A stretch of 64,000 bases of DNA from an uncultured Spirochaetota bacterium. GTDB taxonomy: Bacteria > Spirochaetota > Spirochaetia > SZUA-6 > Fen-1364. The first letter of the stretch is position 1. The number at the start of each line of letters is the position of its first letter. The stretch is from positions 192,001-256,000 of the forward strand of contig CAWAHW010000005.1 in assembly GCA_963781885.1 (NCBI GenBank), read 5' to 3'. Shown piece after piece: positions 50,243 to 59,752 of the stretch. The notes below the pieces were generated by a model that made no database searches, was not told the origin of the DNA, and saw only the letters and a program-made list of their open reading frames with translations. Made by a program: the position numbers and the translations under genes.

Positions 50243-51121
50243 ATGGCCTGGAAAGGCATCGGCCGGAGACTTCGCGAGATTTTTCAGTCCCGGGACTTCG
50301 ATGAGGGATTCTACCAGGAGCTGGAGGATGCGATGATCGAGGCCGACATGGGAGTCCGCGTCGCTTCGGAAGCGTCCTCCTACCTTCGCCAGGCCGCCCG
50401 CGACGAGCACCTGGGGACGCGAGAGGACATCCTGTCGACTTTGAAGGGATGGCTTGCGGACTTTCTTCGCGCCGGTGAGATCCCGCTCGCCGCGGACTCG
50501 CTCACGGTGCTGCTCGTTCTCGGCGTCAACGGGGTGGGAAAGACCACGACCATTGCAAAGCTCGCCCACCACTTTCGCGCGCACCGGGGCGTGAACGACA
50601 TCGTCCTTGTCGCGGGGGACACTTTCCGGGCAGCGGCCATCGACCAGCTCAAGGTCCTTGGCGGGAGGCTCGGGCTCCCCGTGGTGGCGCAGGAGCCCGG
50701 CGCGGACCCCGGCGCGGTGATATACGATGGCATCTCCTTCGCGGCGGCGCGCGACGCGCGGCTGGTCATCGCCGACACCGCGGGCCGTCTGCACAACAAG
50801 GATGCCCTGGTCAAGGAGCTCGCCAAGGTGGACAAGATCGTGCGTGCCCGGGTGCCGCAGGCGGCGTATCGAAAGGTGCTCGTCCTGGACGCGACGACGG
50901 GTCAGAACTCGCTCGCGCAGGCGGAGGTGTTCCACGCGGCCGTCGGGGTCGATTCGATCGTGCTGTCGAAGTGCGACTCGACCGCAAAAGGCGGCATGGT
51001 CGTTCCCATCTGCCGCCAGCTTTCGATTCCCTTCTCCTATCTCGGCCTGGGTGAAAAGCTCGACGATCTGGAAGTGTTCGAGCCTCTTGCGTACCTCGAT
51101 TCGCTCTTCGGAGAGACATGA
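50243..51121 (+). CDS. ftsY: Signal recognition particle receptor FtsY
   Basis: GVNGVGKTTTIAK, DTFRAAA, DTAGR, DATTGQN, KCDSTAKGG. Confidence 0.96.
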   Translation: MAWKGIGRRLREIFQSRDFDEGFYQELEDAMIEADMGVRVASEASSYLRQAARDEHLGTREDILSTLKGWLADFLRAGEIPLAADSLTVLLVLGVNGVGKTTTIAKLAHHFRAHRGVNDIVLVAGDTFRAAAIDQLKVLGGRLGLPVVAQEPGADPGAVIYDGISFAAARDARLVIADTAGRLHNKDALVKELAKVDKIVRARVPQAAYRKVLVLDATTGQNSLAQAEVFHAAVGVDSIVLSKCDSTAKGGMVVPICRQLSIPFSYLGLGEKLDDLEVFEPLAYLDSLFGET

Positions 51122-52200
51122 AAGCGACCTGCGCCGTTCTCCTTCTGCTTGCCCTCGCACCGTGCAGCCACGCTGATCCCCTCCTGTACAGGTCGAACAG
51201 CTTCGGCATGCTCCTGGAGCCCATCCAGCGCTTCCGCCGCGACCAGACCGAATGGGTAGTGGAAGTGGAGAAGAACGGCGCGAACGAGACGCGGCGGCTC
51301 TACGACAATGGCACAGAGACCCACCGGTGGGAAACGACGGCGTTGCGGAAGGACGGGGGAAGGATCGAGCGCGAGCTTGCCGGCTCCACGCTGGTCGCCG
51401 TGCGGACATATGACGCGGCGGGATCCGTGCTCCAGGAGGAGCAATTCACGGGCGGCGCATTGTCGCAGCGGGCCGTCTACTCCTATGCGGGCGGAAGGCT
51501 CCTGCGCGTGCGGGTGCAAAACGCCGACGGAAGCCTCAGCTACACGGAAGACTACCTTTACACCACCACCGGGGCACTCCGCCAGGTGCGGCGTACGCCC
51601 GCCACGGGCGATGCGAATCTCGCGGCCTATACCTATGGGTCGCAGGGGCTCTCGGTGACCCGCACCACTGTCGGCGCCGTGACGAACCTCGATCGCTACG
51701 ACTCCCGCGGCCGCGTCGTCCAGAGGGAAAGAAGCGTCGACGGAAGCCCGGTGTCCCGGGAGGATTTCACCTTCCGGCCGGATGCGGATTACCTGCTTTC
51801 CTCGGTGGAAGTCTTTCCCGCTGATTCACGGCGCATCGACCGCGGCTACGACGAGAAGGGGCACCTGACGGGCGAGACGACAACAGTGGCGGGGAAAGTG
51901 ACGGACACGGTCCTATACGCGCGGGACGGGGAGGGCCGCGTGACGATGGAGACCCGGCACGGACCGAATGGCCTCGAGGTGTGGAAATACACCCTTGACG
52001 ATGCGGGGAAAGTGACGCGCGAAACCTACGCGGTGGGAGGGACGCTTGCCAAGGTGACGGTGTACGGCGCCGACAAGCTCAGGACAGAGGACCTCTACCG
52101 GGAAGGGGAGATGTTCCTCAGGGTCTTCTACGACGGGGACACCCGCCTGCGCGAGCAGGTCTTTGTCGACGGCGCCATGGTGCGGGAGAGACACTACTGA
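51118..52200 (+). CDS. Secreted YD-repeat-like hypothetical protein
   Basis: Signal peptide; repeated YDxxG turns (YDAAG, YDSRG, YDEKG). Confidence 0.75.
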   Translation: MKATCAVLLLLALAPCSHADPLLYRSNSFGMLLEPIQRFRRDQTEWVVEVEKNGANETRRLYDNGTETHRWETTALRKDGGRIERELAGSTLVAVRTYDAAGSVLQEEQFTGGALSQRAVYSYAGGRLLRVRVQNADGSLSYTEDYLYTTTGALRQVRRTPATGDANLAAYTYGSQGLSVTRTTVGAVTNLDRYDSRGRVVQRERSVDGSPVSREDFTFRPDADYLLSSVEVFPADSRRIDRGYDEKGHLTGETTTVAGKVTDTVLYARDGEGRVTMETRHGPNGLEVWKYTLDDAGKVTRETYAVGGTLAKVTVYGADKLRTEDLYREGEMFLRVFYDGDTRLREQVFVDGAMVRERHY

Positions 52201-53534
52201 TGCGGGGCTCGCTGCCGCTCCTGCTGGCGTCCCGTCATTTCCGCACCCGACGGCGCGAGGCGGGAAACGCCTCGACGATACTCTCGGTGGCGGGAATCGC
52301 GGTCGGCGTGATGACCCTCACCGTCGTGCTCGCGGTCATGAACGGTTTCCAGCTTGGGTTCATCGACAGCATCGTGGAGATCAGCTCCTATCACCTCCAG
52401 GCACGACCACGCGTCGACGCCGGCTCGGCGGCGCCCTCCCCGACGCTCGATGCCGCCGTGATCGCGGCGCTGCACGACGTCCGCGGCGTGACGGCCGTCG
52501 TGCCCTATGCGGAGCGGCAGGCGCTCGTCGAGCGCGCCTTCCAGCGCCCCCGCGCGTGCATCGTCCGCGCTGTGCCACCTGACCTCACGGTCATGGACCC
52601 GGCGCAGGCCCGCATGCTCGCGCTGGAAGACGGCAGCTTCGACCTGCGGGATCCGGCCGACGTCGTCATCGGCGCGGAGCTGTCCCTGGCGCTGGGCGCG
52701 CGGGTGGGGGATGCGCTCTCGCTCAGCTCCTACACACCCGGGGCGAACGGTCGGCCCGTTCCCCGGCGCGACGGGTTCCGCGTGACCGGCATTTTCCGCT
52801 CGGGCAATTACGACTTCGACACCGGAATGGTTTTCATCTCGCTCGCCGCCGCCGATACCCTGTACGGCGGGGGGGCGCCGCTGCCCCGCACGTGGGGGAT
52901 CAAGCTCGCGGACCGGTTTGCCGACGGTCCCGCCCTCCGTGCCGTCACCGCGCTCCTGGCGGGGACGGGCTTCGTTGCGGAAAGCTGGCGCACGTACAAC
53001 AGGTCCTTCTTCGACGCGCTTTTCGTTGAGAAGCTCATGATGATGGTGCTCGTCGGCCTCATCTTCCTCGTGGTGGGTTTCAACGTGTACCATTCGCTGC
53101 GCCGCAGCGTGCACGAGCGGATGGAGGAGATCGCGGTGCTCAAGTCACTCGGCGTGCCCCCGCGGCGCATCCAGGCCACATTCATTCTCGAGGGATTCTT
53201 CATCGGCGGGGCAGGCGCCGTCCTCGGGATGCTCGCGGGGCTGGTTCTCTCCGTGAACGTGAACGAGGTGTTCGCTCTTGTGGAGTCGCTCGTGAACGGC
53301 ATCCTCGGCCTGGGCCGCGTGCTCTTCCTCGCCCTTTCCGCGAAAGGGGGCTCCTCTTCATTTGCCATCTTCTCGCCGACGAGCTTCTATCTCACGCAGG
53401 TGCCGTCGCACGTCTACCTGCGCGAAGCGTTCATGGTGGCCGCTTTCGCGGTTGCCGCGTGCACGGTCGCCGCGCTTGGCGCGTCGCGCGCCGTCTCCCG
53501 GTTCCGACCCGCCGAGGTGCTCCGCTATGAGTGA
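52200..53534 (+). CDS. lolC: Lipoprotein-releasing ABC permease LolC/E
   Basis: GIAVGVMTLTVVLAVMNGF, EIAVLKSLG, PAEVLRYE. Confidence 0.88.
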   Translation: MRGSLPLLLASRHFRTRRREAGNASTILSVAGIAVGVMTLTVVLAVMNGFQLGFIDSIVEISSYHLQARPRVDAGSAAPSPTLDAAVIAALHDVRGVTAVVPYAERQALVERAFQRPRACIVRAVPPDLTVMDPAQARMLALEDGSFDLRDPADVVIGAELSLALGARVGDALSLSSYTPGANGRPVPRRDGFRVTGIFRSGNYDFDTGMVFISLAAADTLYGGGAPLPRTWGIKLADRFADGPALRAVTALLAGTGFVAESWRTYNRSFFDALFVEKLMMMVLVGLIFLVVGFNVYHSLRRSVHERMEEIAVLKSLGVPPRRIQATFILEGFFIGGAGAVLGMLAGLVLSVNVNEVFALVESLVNGILGLGRVLFLALSAKGGSSSFAIFSPTSFYLTQVPSHVYLREAFMVAAFAVAACTVAALGASRAVSRFRPAEVLRYE

Positions 53535-54234
53535 TGGAATGCCTTCTCCCGCGGCGGCGGCGCCGCTCGTCAAGACCCTCGGCCTGGAGCGTCGTTTCCT
53601 CACCGGTGTCGAGACGCTGGAGGTGTTGCGGGGCGTGGACTTGAGCGTGCCCCGGGGCGCAACCGTGGCGATCTCGGGTGAGAGCGGCTGCGGCAAGAGC
53701 ACGCTGTTGGGGCTCATCGGGGGACTGGATCGACCTACCGCGGGCCGGGTGATCGTCGAAGGCACCGACATCACCGAGCTCACGGAATCCGCTCTCAGCG
53801 CCTACCGAAACCGCGCCGTGGGTTTCATCTTCCAGTTTCATTTTCTGCTGAAGGATTTCACCGCGCTGGAGAACGTCGTCATTCCCGCGATGATGCGGCC
53901 CGAGTCGCGCAAGGCGCTGCGGGAGCGCGGCCGCGCGCTCCTTGCCGAGGTGGGGCTTGAGGGCAGGCGGGACGCGTGGCCGCACGAGCTTTCCGGCGGG
54001 GAGCGCCAGCGCGTGGCCGTGGCGCGCTCCCTCATCAATGGGCCGCCGCTCGTCCTGGCCGACGAACCGACGGGCAATCTCGACGAGCGCAACGCGCGCG
54101 CCGTGGAGGACATCCTGTTCGACCTTGCCCGCGCGCACGGCAGGACGATGATCATCGTCACGCACGACCCCGCGCTCGCCGCGCGCGCGAGCAGCCGTTA
54201 CCTGCTCGCCGGCGGCGTGCTCTCACCCCTATGA
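53527..54234 (+). CDS. lolD: Lipoprotein-releasing ABC ATPase LolD
   Basis: GESGCGKS, FIFQFHFLL, LSGGERQR, ADEPTGNLD. Confidence 0.92.
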   Translation: MSDGMPSPAAAAPLVKTLGLERRFLTGVETLEVLRGVDLSVPRGATVAISGESGCGKSTLLGLIGGLDRPTAGRVIVEGTDITELTESALSAYRNRAVGFIFQFHFLLKDFTALENVVIPAMMRPESRKALRERGRALLAEVGLEGRRDAWPHELSGGERQRVAVARSLINGPPLVLADEPTGNLDERNARAVEDILFDLARAHGRTMIIVTHDPALAARASSRYLLAGGVLSPL

Positions 54235-55532
54235 TGAGGTTCGTTGCCTTCCTGGGCGTGCGCGTGCTGCGCGGAAAGGGGGGCACGGCACGCTACCTGC
54301 GCGGCGCGGTCATCGGGATCGCCGTGAGCCTCGTTCCGCTCATCGTCGTGATGGAAGTCTCCACGGGCATGATCGAGGGGATCACCGCCCGGCTCCTGGA
54401 GGTCGGCACCTACCACCTGCAGCTCGCCCTGCCGCCCGACACGTCGGTGGAAAGGCTCGACAGTCTTGCGGGAGCCATCGGCGCCGTGTCCGGTGTGATT
54501 GCCGCGGTGCCCGAGCGGCAGGGAACGGCCCTTCTCGTTTCCTCCCGGGGCGCCGCGGGCGTGAGCGTCCGGTTCGTCCCGCCGGATGTTTTCGCGCGGG
54601 ACGGCGGTTTCCGCTCCTTCATGACAATGCGCGACGGCGCAGACGATCTCACCCGGACCGATTCGATCCTCGCAAGCTCGGCAACCGCGGCAAGCCTCGG
54701 CATCAAGGCCGGCGACCGCGTGACCCTCCTCACGACCTACGGGGAGGACATGAGCGGGCTGCCCCGGCTCACGCCGCTCACGGTCAGGGGCATCTACGAG
54801 ACGGGCTACCAGGAGCTGGATGCAACGCTGGCATACGCGCCGCTCGCGCTTGCCGACCGCGTGCTTTCCCCGCGCACCGTGCGCACGATGATCGGGATCA
54901 AGGTAACTGATCCCTTCGGCGATCTTTCCACCGTGAGCCAGGCAGTGGCGGACGCGACGGGCGGGAGCGTCCGGGTGGCGACCTGGCGCGAGATAGAGTT
55001 TGCGCGGCTGGGGAGCTTCGCCACCACCAAGGCGCTTCTCCTCCTCATCATGGCGCTCGTTGTCATCGTGGCCTCCGTGAACGTCTCATCGTCGGTGCTC
55101 ATGATCCTGTTCGAAAGGCGTTTCGACCTGGGCATCCTCAAGAGCGTCGGCGCGAGCCCGCGCTCCCTCGCCCTTTCCTTCCTGGGCGCGGGTTTCGCCA
55201 CGGGCCTTCTCGGGACCGTGCTGGGGATCTCGGCGGGTCTTCTCGTGGCCGTCAATATCAACGAGGTGATGGCGGGGCTGGAGTGGATCGTGAACCAGGG
55301 CATCGCCTTTGCATCCCTTGTGCGGACGTCCTTCAATCCGGCGGCAACGCCCCTGGGCTCGTTCACCCTTTTCAACAGCGCGTACTACCTGAAGCAGATC
55401 CCCATCAGGATAAACGCGGGCGAGGTGATCGCCGCCGCCGTGGCATCGCTCGCCCTTTCAGCCGTTGCCTCCTACATCCCCGCCGCTCGCGCGGCGCGAA
55501 CCCGACCGCTGGAGGTCCTGCGAAAGGTGTAA
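54231..55532 (+). CDS. lolE: Lipoprotein-releasing ABC permease LolC/E (second)
   Basis: FtsX-type topology, LGILKSVGAS, YIPAARAARTRPLEVLR. Confidence 0.85.
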   Translation: MMRFVAFLGVRVLRGKGGTARYLRGAVIGIAVSLVPLIVVMEVSTGMIEGITARLLEVGTYHLQLALPPDTSVERLDSLAGAIGAVSGVIAAVPERQGTALLVSSRGAAGVSVRFVPPDVFARDGGFRSFMTMRDGADDLTRTDSILASSATAASLGIKAGDRVTLLTTYGEDMSGLPRLTPLTVRGIYETGYQELDATLAYAPLALADRVLSPRTVRTMIGIKVTDPFGDLSTVSQAVADATGGSVRVATWREIEFARLGSFATTKALLLLIMALVVIVASVNVSSSVLMILFERRFDLGILKSVGASPRSLALSFLGAGFATGLLGTVLGISAGLLVAVNINEVMAGLEWIVNQGIAFASLVRTSFNPAATPLGSFTLFNSAYYLKQIPIRINAGEVIAAAVASLALSAVASYIPAARAARTRPLEVLRKV

Positions 55533-55651
55533 ACGCCGCCACGCGCCGAAACCGAAATGTCGCCAGGAGCGACCGCGTTGGCACCTTCCGCACGGTGTAC
55601 CGTGCTCCACATAGAAATCCCACACTGTTTTATGTATACTTGGGCGTGGCG

Positions 55652-56146
55652 ATGAAATGCGAGATTTGCGGCCTGAAGGACGCAGTCATACACATCCGAC
55701 AGATACAAAAAGACCTCGTGCACGAGCTGCACATCTGCGAAGAGTGCGCGCAGGAGAAGGGCCTGATGCGCGAGGAGGATTCCGAGCTCCCCATCGCCAA
55801 CCTCCTTTCCGGGCTTCTGGAGGGCAAGGACCTGACGGGCGCCGGTGAAGTGAAAGAGGCATGCCCGAAGTGCGGCATGAAGGCCTCCGAGTTCCGCAAG
55901 CAGGGAAAGCTCGGCTGTCCGGAGTGCTTCCATGCGTTCGAGAAGGATGTGCGGGCCATCATCTCGCAAATGGCGGCACGGCCGCGGCACTCTGGCAAAG
56001 CGCCCCGGGCGGCGGCAAGCGAAGCCGCGGCTGCCGTGAAGGAAGACGGCTTGCGAGAAGAGCTGCGGGACGCGGTCGAGCGGGAAGAGTACGAGCTGGC
56101 GGCACGGCTGCGCGACCGGCTGCGGGAGCTTGAACCGGATGTTTGA
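55652..56146 (+). CDS. mcsA: McsA (UvrB/UvrC motif protein)
   Basis: Four CxxC motifs, GKLGCPECF, EEYELAARLRDRL UVR motif. Confidence 0.92.
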   Translation: MKCEICGLKDAVIHIRQIQKDLVHELHICEECAQEKGLMREEDSELPIANLLSGLLEGKDLTGAGEVKEACPKCGMKASEFRKQGKLGCPECFHAFEKDVRAIISQMAARPRHSGKAPRAAASEAAAAVKEDGLREELRDAVEREEYELAARLRDRLRELEPDV

Positions 56147-57219
56147 GTTCACCGGCCTCGCCGACATGAAGGGGTGGATGAATCTGCCGGCGCCGGACGC
56201 GGAGCCGGCGGGCTCGGTTGTCATTTCCAGCCGGGTGCGTCTGGCGCGGAATCTTGCCGCCTATGCGTACCCGGGACGCATCCCGGCGGACCAGGAGAAT
56301 GAGTGCCGCGAGCGGGTCGTCGGCGCATTCCGCGGCTTGCCGAACGCGGAAGATTTTACGATATTGTCATTGGACGACCTGCCGGCGCTGGACCGGCGCA
56401 TCCTCTTCGAGCGGAATCTCGTTTCCCAGGGATATTCAGTAGAGAAGCGCAGGGCTGTTGCCCTCAGCATCGACGAATCAGTCGTCGGCACCATCGGGGA
56501 CGAGGATCATCTGCGCCTGGCCGCGCTGGGCTGCGGCTCGTGTCTGGAGCCCCTCCTCGCGCGCCTGGATGCGCTGGACACGGCTCTGGAGGAATCGCTT
56601 TCCTACGCCTTCTCGCCCGAATGGGGCTACCTGAACACGGCGATCACGAACCTCGGCACGGGTCTGAAGGCGTCCATGATGCTCCACCTGCCGGCGCTGT
56701 CGATGAGCGGCCTCATCAAGAGGGCCGTGAAGGCATCGGCGCAGCTGGGGCTTTCGATACGCGGCTTCTACAGTGAAAGCATGGACTCGCTGGGCGACAT
56801 GTACGTGATCGCCAACGAGATCACGATCGGGCTCGCGGAGAAGGAGATCATCGGAAACTTGGGGCGCATTGCCGTCCAGCTTGCCGGCTATGAGAACCGC
56901 ACCCGCGAGGAGCTCCTTGAAAAAAGGAGGGTGGATATCGAAGACAGGGTTCTACAGGGCGTGGGGTCTTCTCACGTGGTGCCGCTACATGACGCACCGG
57001 GAGGCCATCGAGGCGCTTTCCGCGCTCCGCATGGGCATTGCACTGGGGCTGATCACGTCGGTGGAGATGGCGACCATCACCGCGCTGTTGTTCCTGTCGC
57101 AGAAGTCGCATATCCAGCGGGTGCTCCAATCCCAGGCCGACGTGGTCGACAGCAAGCTGATCGACTACACGCGGGCGAAGATCATCCGCGATGCGCTCAC
57201 GCAAACGAGGGGAGGCTGA
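56139..57219 (+). CDS. mcsB: Protein-arginine kinase McsB-like (apparent +1 indel at ~56951)
   Basis: [32 protein letters not shown]; lies between mcsA and clpC. Confidence 0.88.
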
Positions 57220-57223
57220 GGCT

Positions 57224-59752
57224 ATGTTCAAGGGTCTGACGCAGCGGGCGCAAAAGGTTCTCACCATACTCGCGCAGGAGGAGGCGAAACGGTTCCATTC
57301 GGACCAGCTCCTTCCCGAGCACATCATCCTCGCCCTCGTGAAGGACGGCGAAGGGGTGGCGGTCAAGGCGCTGCAGCGCATCAAGGTGGACGTCGGCGAG
57401 ATGCAGGCGGAGATCGAGAAGAGCCTGCCGAAGGGGAAGGGCGGCCTGATCCTCGGCGACGTTCCCCCCTCAAAGCGCGGCCAGAAGATCCTGGAGGACT
57501 CCGCGGAAGAAGCCCGCAACATGGGCCACGAGTACATCGGAACGGAGCATCTCCTGCTCGCCTCGATCAAGGAGCAGGGCAGCATCGTCGCGCGGTATCT
57601 GGCGCGCTACAACATCACGCCCAACGGCCTGCGGGAGGCCATCCTCCAGATCAGCGGCACCGGCGACTACAAGGGCTCGCCCGCCCAGGCGGCCAAGAAG
57701 AAGGCGCAGGCCCCGACGAAGAAGCCGACCCCGACGTTGGACGAGTTCGGCCGCGACCTCACGTCGTTTGCACGGGAGAACAAGCTCGACCCCGTGATCG
57801 GCCGGGAAAAGGAAATCCAGAGGGTTATCCAGATCCTCGCCCGACGCACGAAGAACAATCCCGTTCTCATCGGCGAGCCGGGCGTCGGCAAGACGGCCAT
57901 CGTGGAAGGTCTGGCGCAGAAGATCGTGGACGGCACGGTGCCGGAAGTGCTCGTCGGCAAGCGCGTCCTCACGCTGGACCTCGCCTCGCTGGTCGCCGGA
58001 ACGAAGTACCGCGGCGAGTTCGAGGAGAGGCTGAAGAGGGTCATGAAGGAGATCCTGAGCGCCGGCAACGTCGTTCTTTTCATCGACGAGCTCCATACGA
58101 TCATCGGCGCCGGCGGCGCGGAAGGCGCCATCGATGCCTCCAACATGCTGAAGCCGGCCCTGTCGCGTGGAGAGCTACAGTGCATCGGCGCCACGACGCT
58201 GAACGAATACAAGAAGCACATCGAGAAGGACGCAGCGCTGGAGCGCCGGTTCCAGCCCATCTACGTGTCCGAGCCTTCCGTGGAAGAGACCGTGGAGATC
58301 CTCAAGGGCATCAAGAAGAACTACGAGGAGCACCACCGGGTGGTCTATACCCCGGCCGCCGTGGAGGCCGCGGCGACGCTGTCGCGGCGCTACATCACGG
58401 AGCGCTACCTGCCCGACAAGGCCATCGACCTGATCGACGAATCCGGCTCCCGTCGCCGCATCAAGAACTCCATCCGCCCGCGCGAGCTCGCGGACCTGGA
58501 AAAGGAGATCGAGCGGCTGAACCTGGAAAAGACCAGCCTCGTGAACACCCAGAACTATGAGAAGGCCGCGGCCGTGCGCGACATGGTCCGGCAGCTCAAG
58601 GGCAAGGTGGACGAGATCAAGAAGAGCTGGGAGAGCACGATCACGGTGGAAGAGAACGTGGTCGACGTGGAGGACATCCAACAGGTCATCTCCGACATGA
58701 CCGGCATCCCGCTCGCGCGCATCGTGCAGAGCGAATCGCAGAAGCTCCTGAAGATCGAGGACGAGCTGCACAAGAAGGTCATCGGCCAGGAGGAGGCCAT
58801 TTCGGTCATCGCCTCCGCCATCCGCCGGTCGCGCACGGGTCTCTCATCCGCGCGCCGGCCCCTGGGCTCCTTCGTCTTCCTCGGGCCCACGGGCGTCGGC
58901 AAGACACTCGTGGCAAAGACGCTCGCGGAGTTCCTCTTCGGCGACGCGGACGCTCTGGTGCGCATCGACATGTCGGATTTCATGGAGAAGCACAATGTCT
59001 CGCGTCTGGTCGGCGCGCCCCCCGGGTACGTCGGCTATGAAGAGGGCGGCCTGCTCACGGAGAAGGTGCGGCGACGGCCCTTCAGCGTCATCCTCCTGGA
59101 CGAGATAGAGAAGGCGCACCCGGATGTGTTCAACATCCTCCTGCAAGTGCTCGAGGAAGGACAGCTCTCCGACAACCTGGGCCACGCCGTTTCCTTCCGC
59201 AACTCCGTGATGATCATGACCTCCAACCTCGGCGCACGGGAGATCAACAAGGACTCATCCCTCGGCTTCCAGTCGGAAGAGGGCGGCATGAACTTCAAGG
59301 ACATCCGCAACTACGTGATGGCCGAAGTGAAGCGGGCGTTCAACCCCGAGTTCATCAACCGCATCGACGAGATCGTCGTGTTCCACAACCTCGACAAGAC
59401 GCACCTCAGCCAGATCTTCGACCTGATGGTGAAGGAGATTTCCGACAGGCTTGTGGAGCAGAAGATCACGATCACCGTGCGGAAGAAGGTGCGGGAGCAT
59501 CTCATCGACAAGGGCTTCGATGAGAAGTTCGGCGCGCGTCCCCTGCGGAGGCTTCTCCAGAAGGAAGTGGAAGACCCCCTGTCGCTGGAAATACTCAAGG
59601 GGCGGTTCACGGCCGGCGACGCCATCGACATCGAGATGCGCGGCGACAAGATCCTTTTCCGCAAGCAGGAGATCCGCAAGGCGCTGAAAGCTCCTGCACA
59701 GCCCGCGGGGCTGCTCATGGACGAGAAAGAGGCGGAGAAAGTCACCACATGA
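57224..59752 (+). CDS. clpC: ATP-dependent Clp protease ATPase ClpC
   Basis: Clp N repeats, [20 protein letters not shown] middle domain, [16 protein letters not shown] loop. Confidence 0.96.
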   Translation: MFKGLTQRAQKVLTILAQEEAKRFHSDQLLPEHIILALVKDGEGVAVKALQRIKVDVGEMQAEIEKSLPKGKGGLILGDVPPSKRGQKILEDSAEEARNMGHEYIGTEHLLLASIKEQGSIVARYLARYNITPNGLREAILQISGTGDYKGSPAQAAKKKAQAPTKKPTPTLDEFGRDLTSFARENKLDPVIGREKEIQRVIQILARRTKNNPVLIGEPGVGKTAIVEGLAQKIVDGTVPEVLVGKRVLTLDLASLVAGTKYRGEFEERLKRVMKEILSAGNVVLFIDELHTIIGAGGAEGAIDASNMLKPALSRGELQCIGATTLNEYKKHIEKDAALERRFQPIYVSEPSVEETVEILKGIKKNYEEHHRVVYTPAAVEAAATLSRRYITERYLPDKAIDLIDESGSRRRIKNSIRPRELADLEKEIERLNLEKTSLVNTQNYEKAAAVRDMVRQLKGKVDEIKKSWESTITVEENVVDVEDIQQVISDMTGIPLARIVQSESQKLLKIEDELHKKVIGQEEAISVIASAIRRSRTGLSSARRPLGSFVFLGPTGVGKTLVAKTLAEFLFGDADALVRIDMSDFMEKHNVSRLVGAPPGYVGYEEGGLLTEKVRRRPFSVILLDEIEKAHPDVFNILLQVLEEGQLSDNLGHAVSFRNSVMIMTSNLGAREINKDSSLGFQSEEGGMNFKDIRNYVMAEVKRAFNPEFINRIDEIVVFHNLDKTHLSQIFDLMVKEISDRLVEQKITITVRKKVREHLIDKGFDEKFGARPLRRLLQKEVEDPLSLEILKGRFTAGDAIDIEMRGDKILFRKQEIRKALKAPAQPAGLLMDEKEAEKVTT

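Noticed and set aside
51118-52200. Rhs polymorphic toxin
   Set aside because: Only 360 aa, has a signal peptide, no DPxG cleavage motif, no toxin tip or immunity gene, and sits in a housekeeping operon
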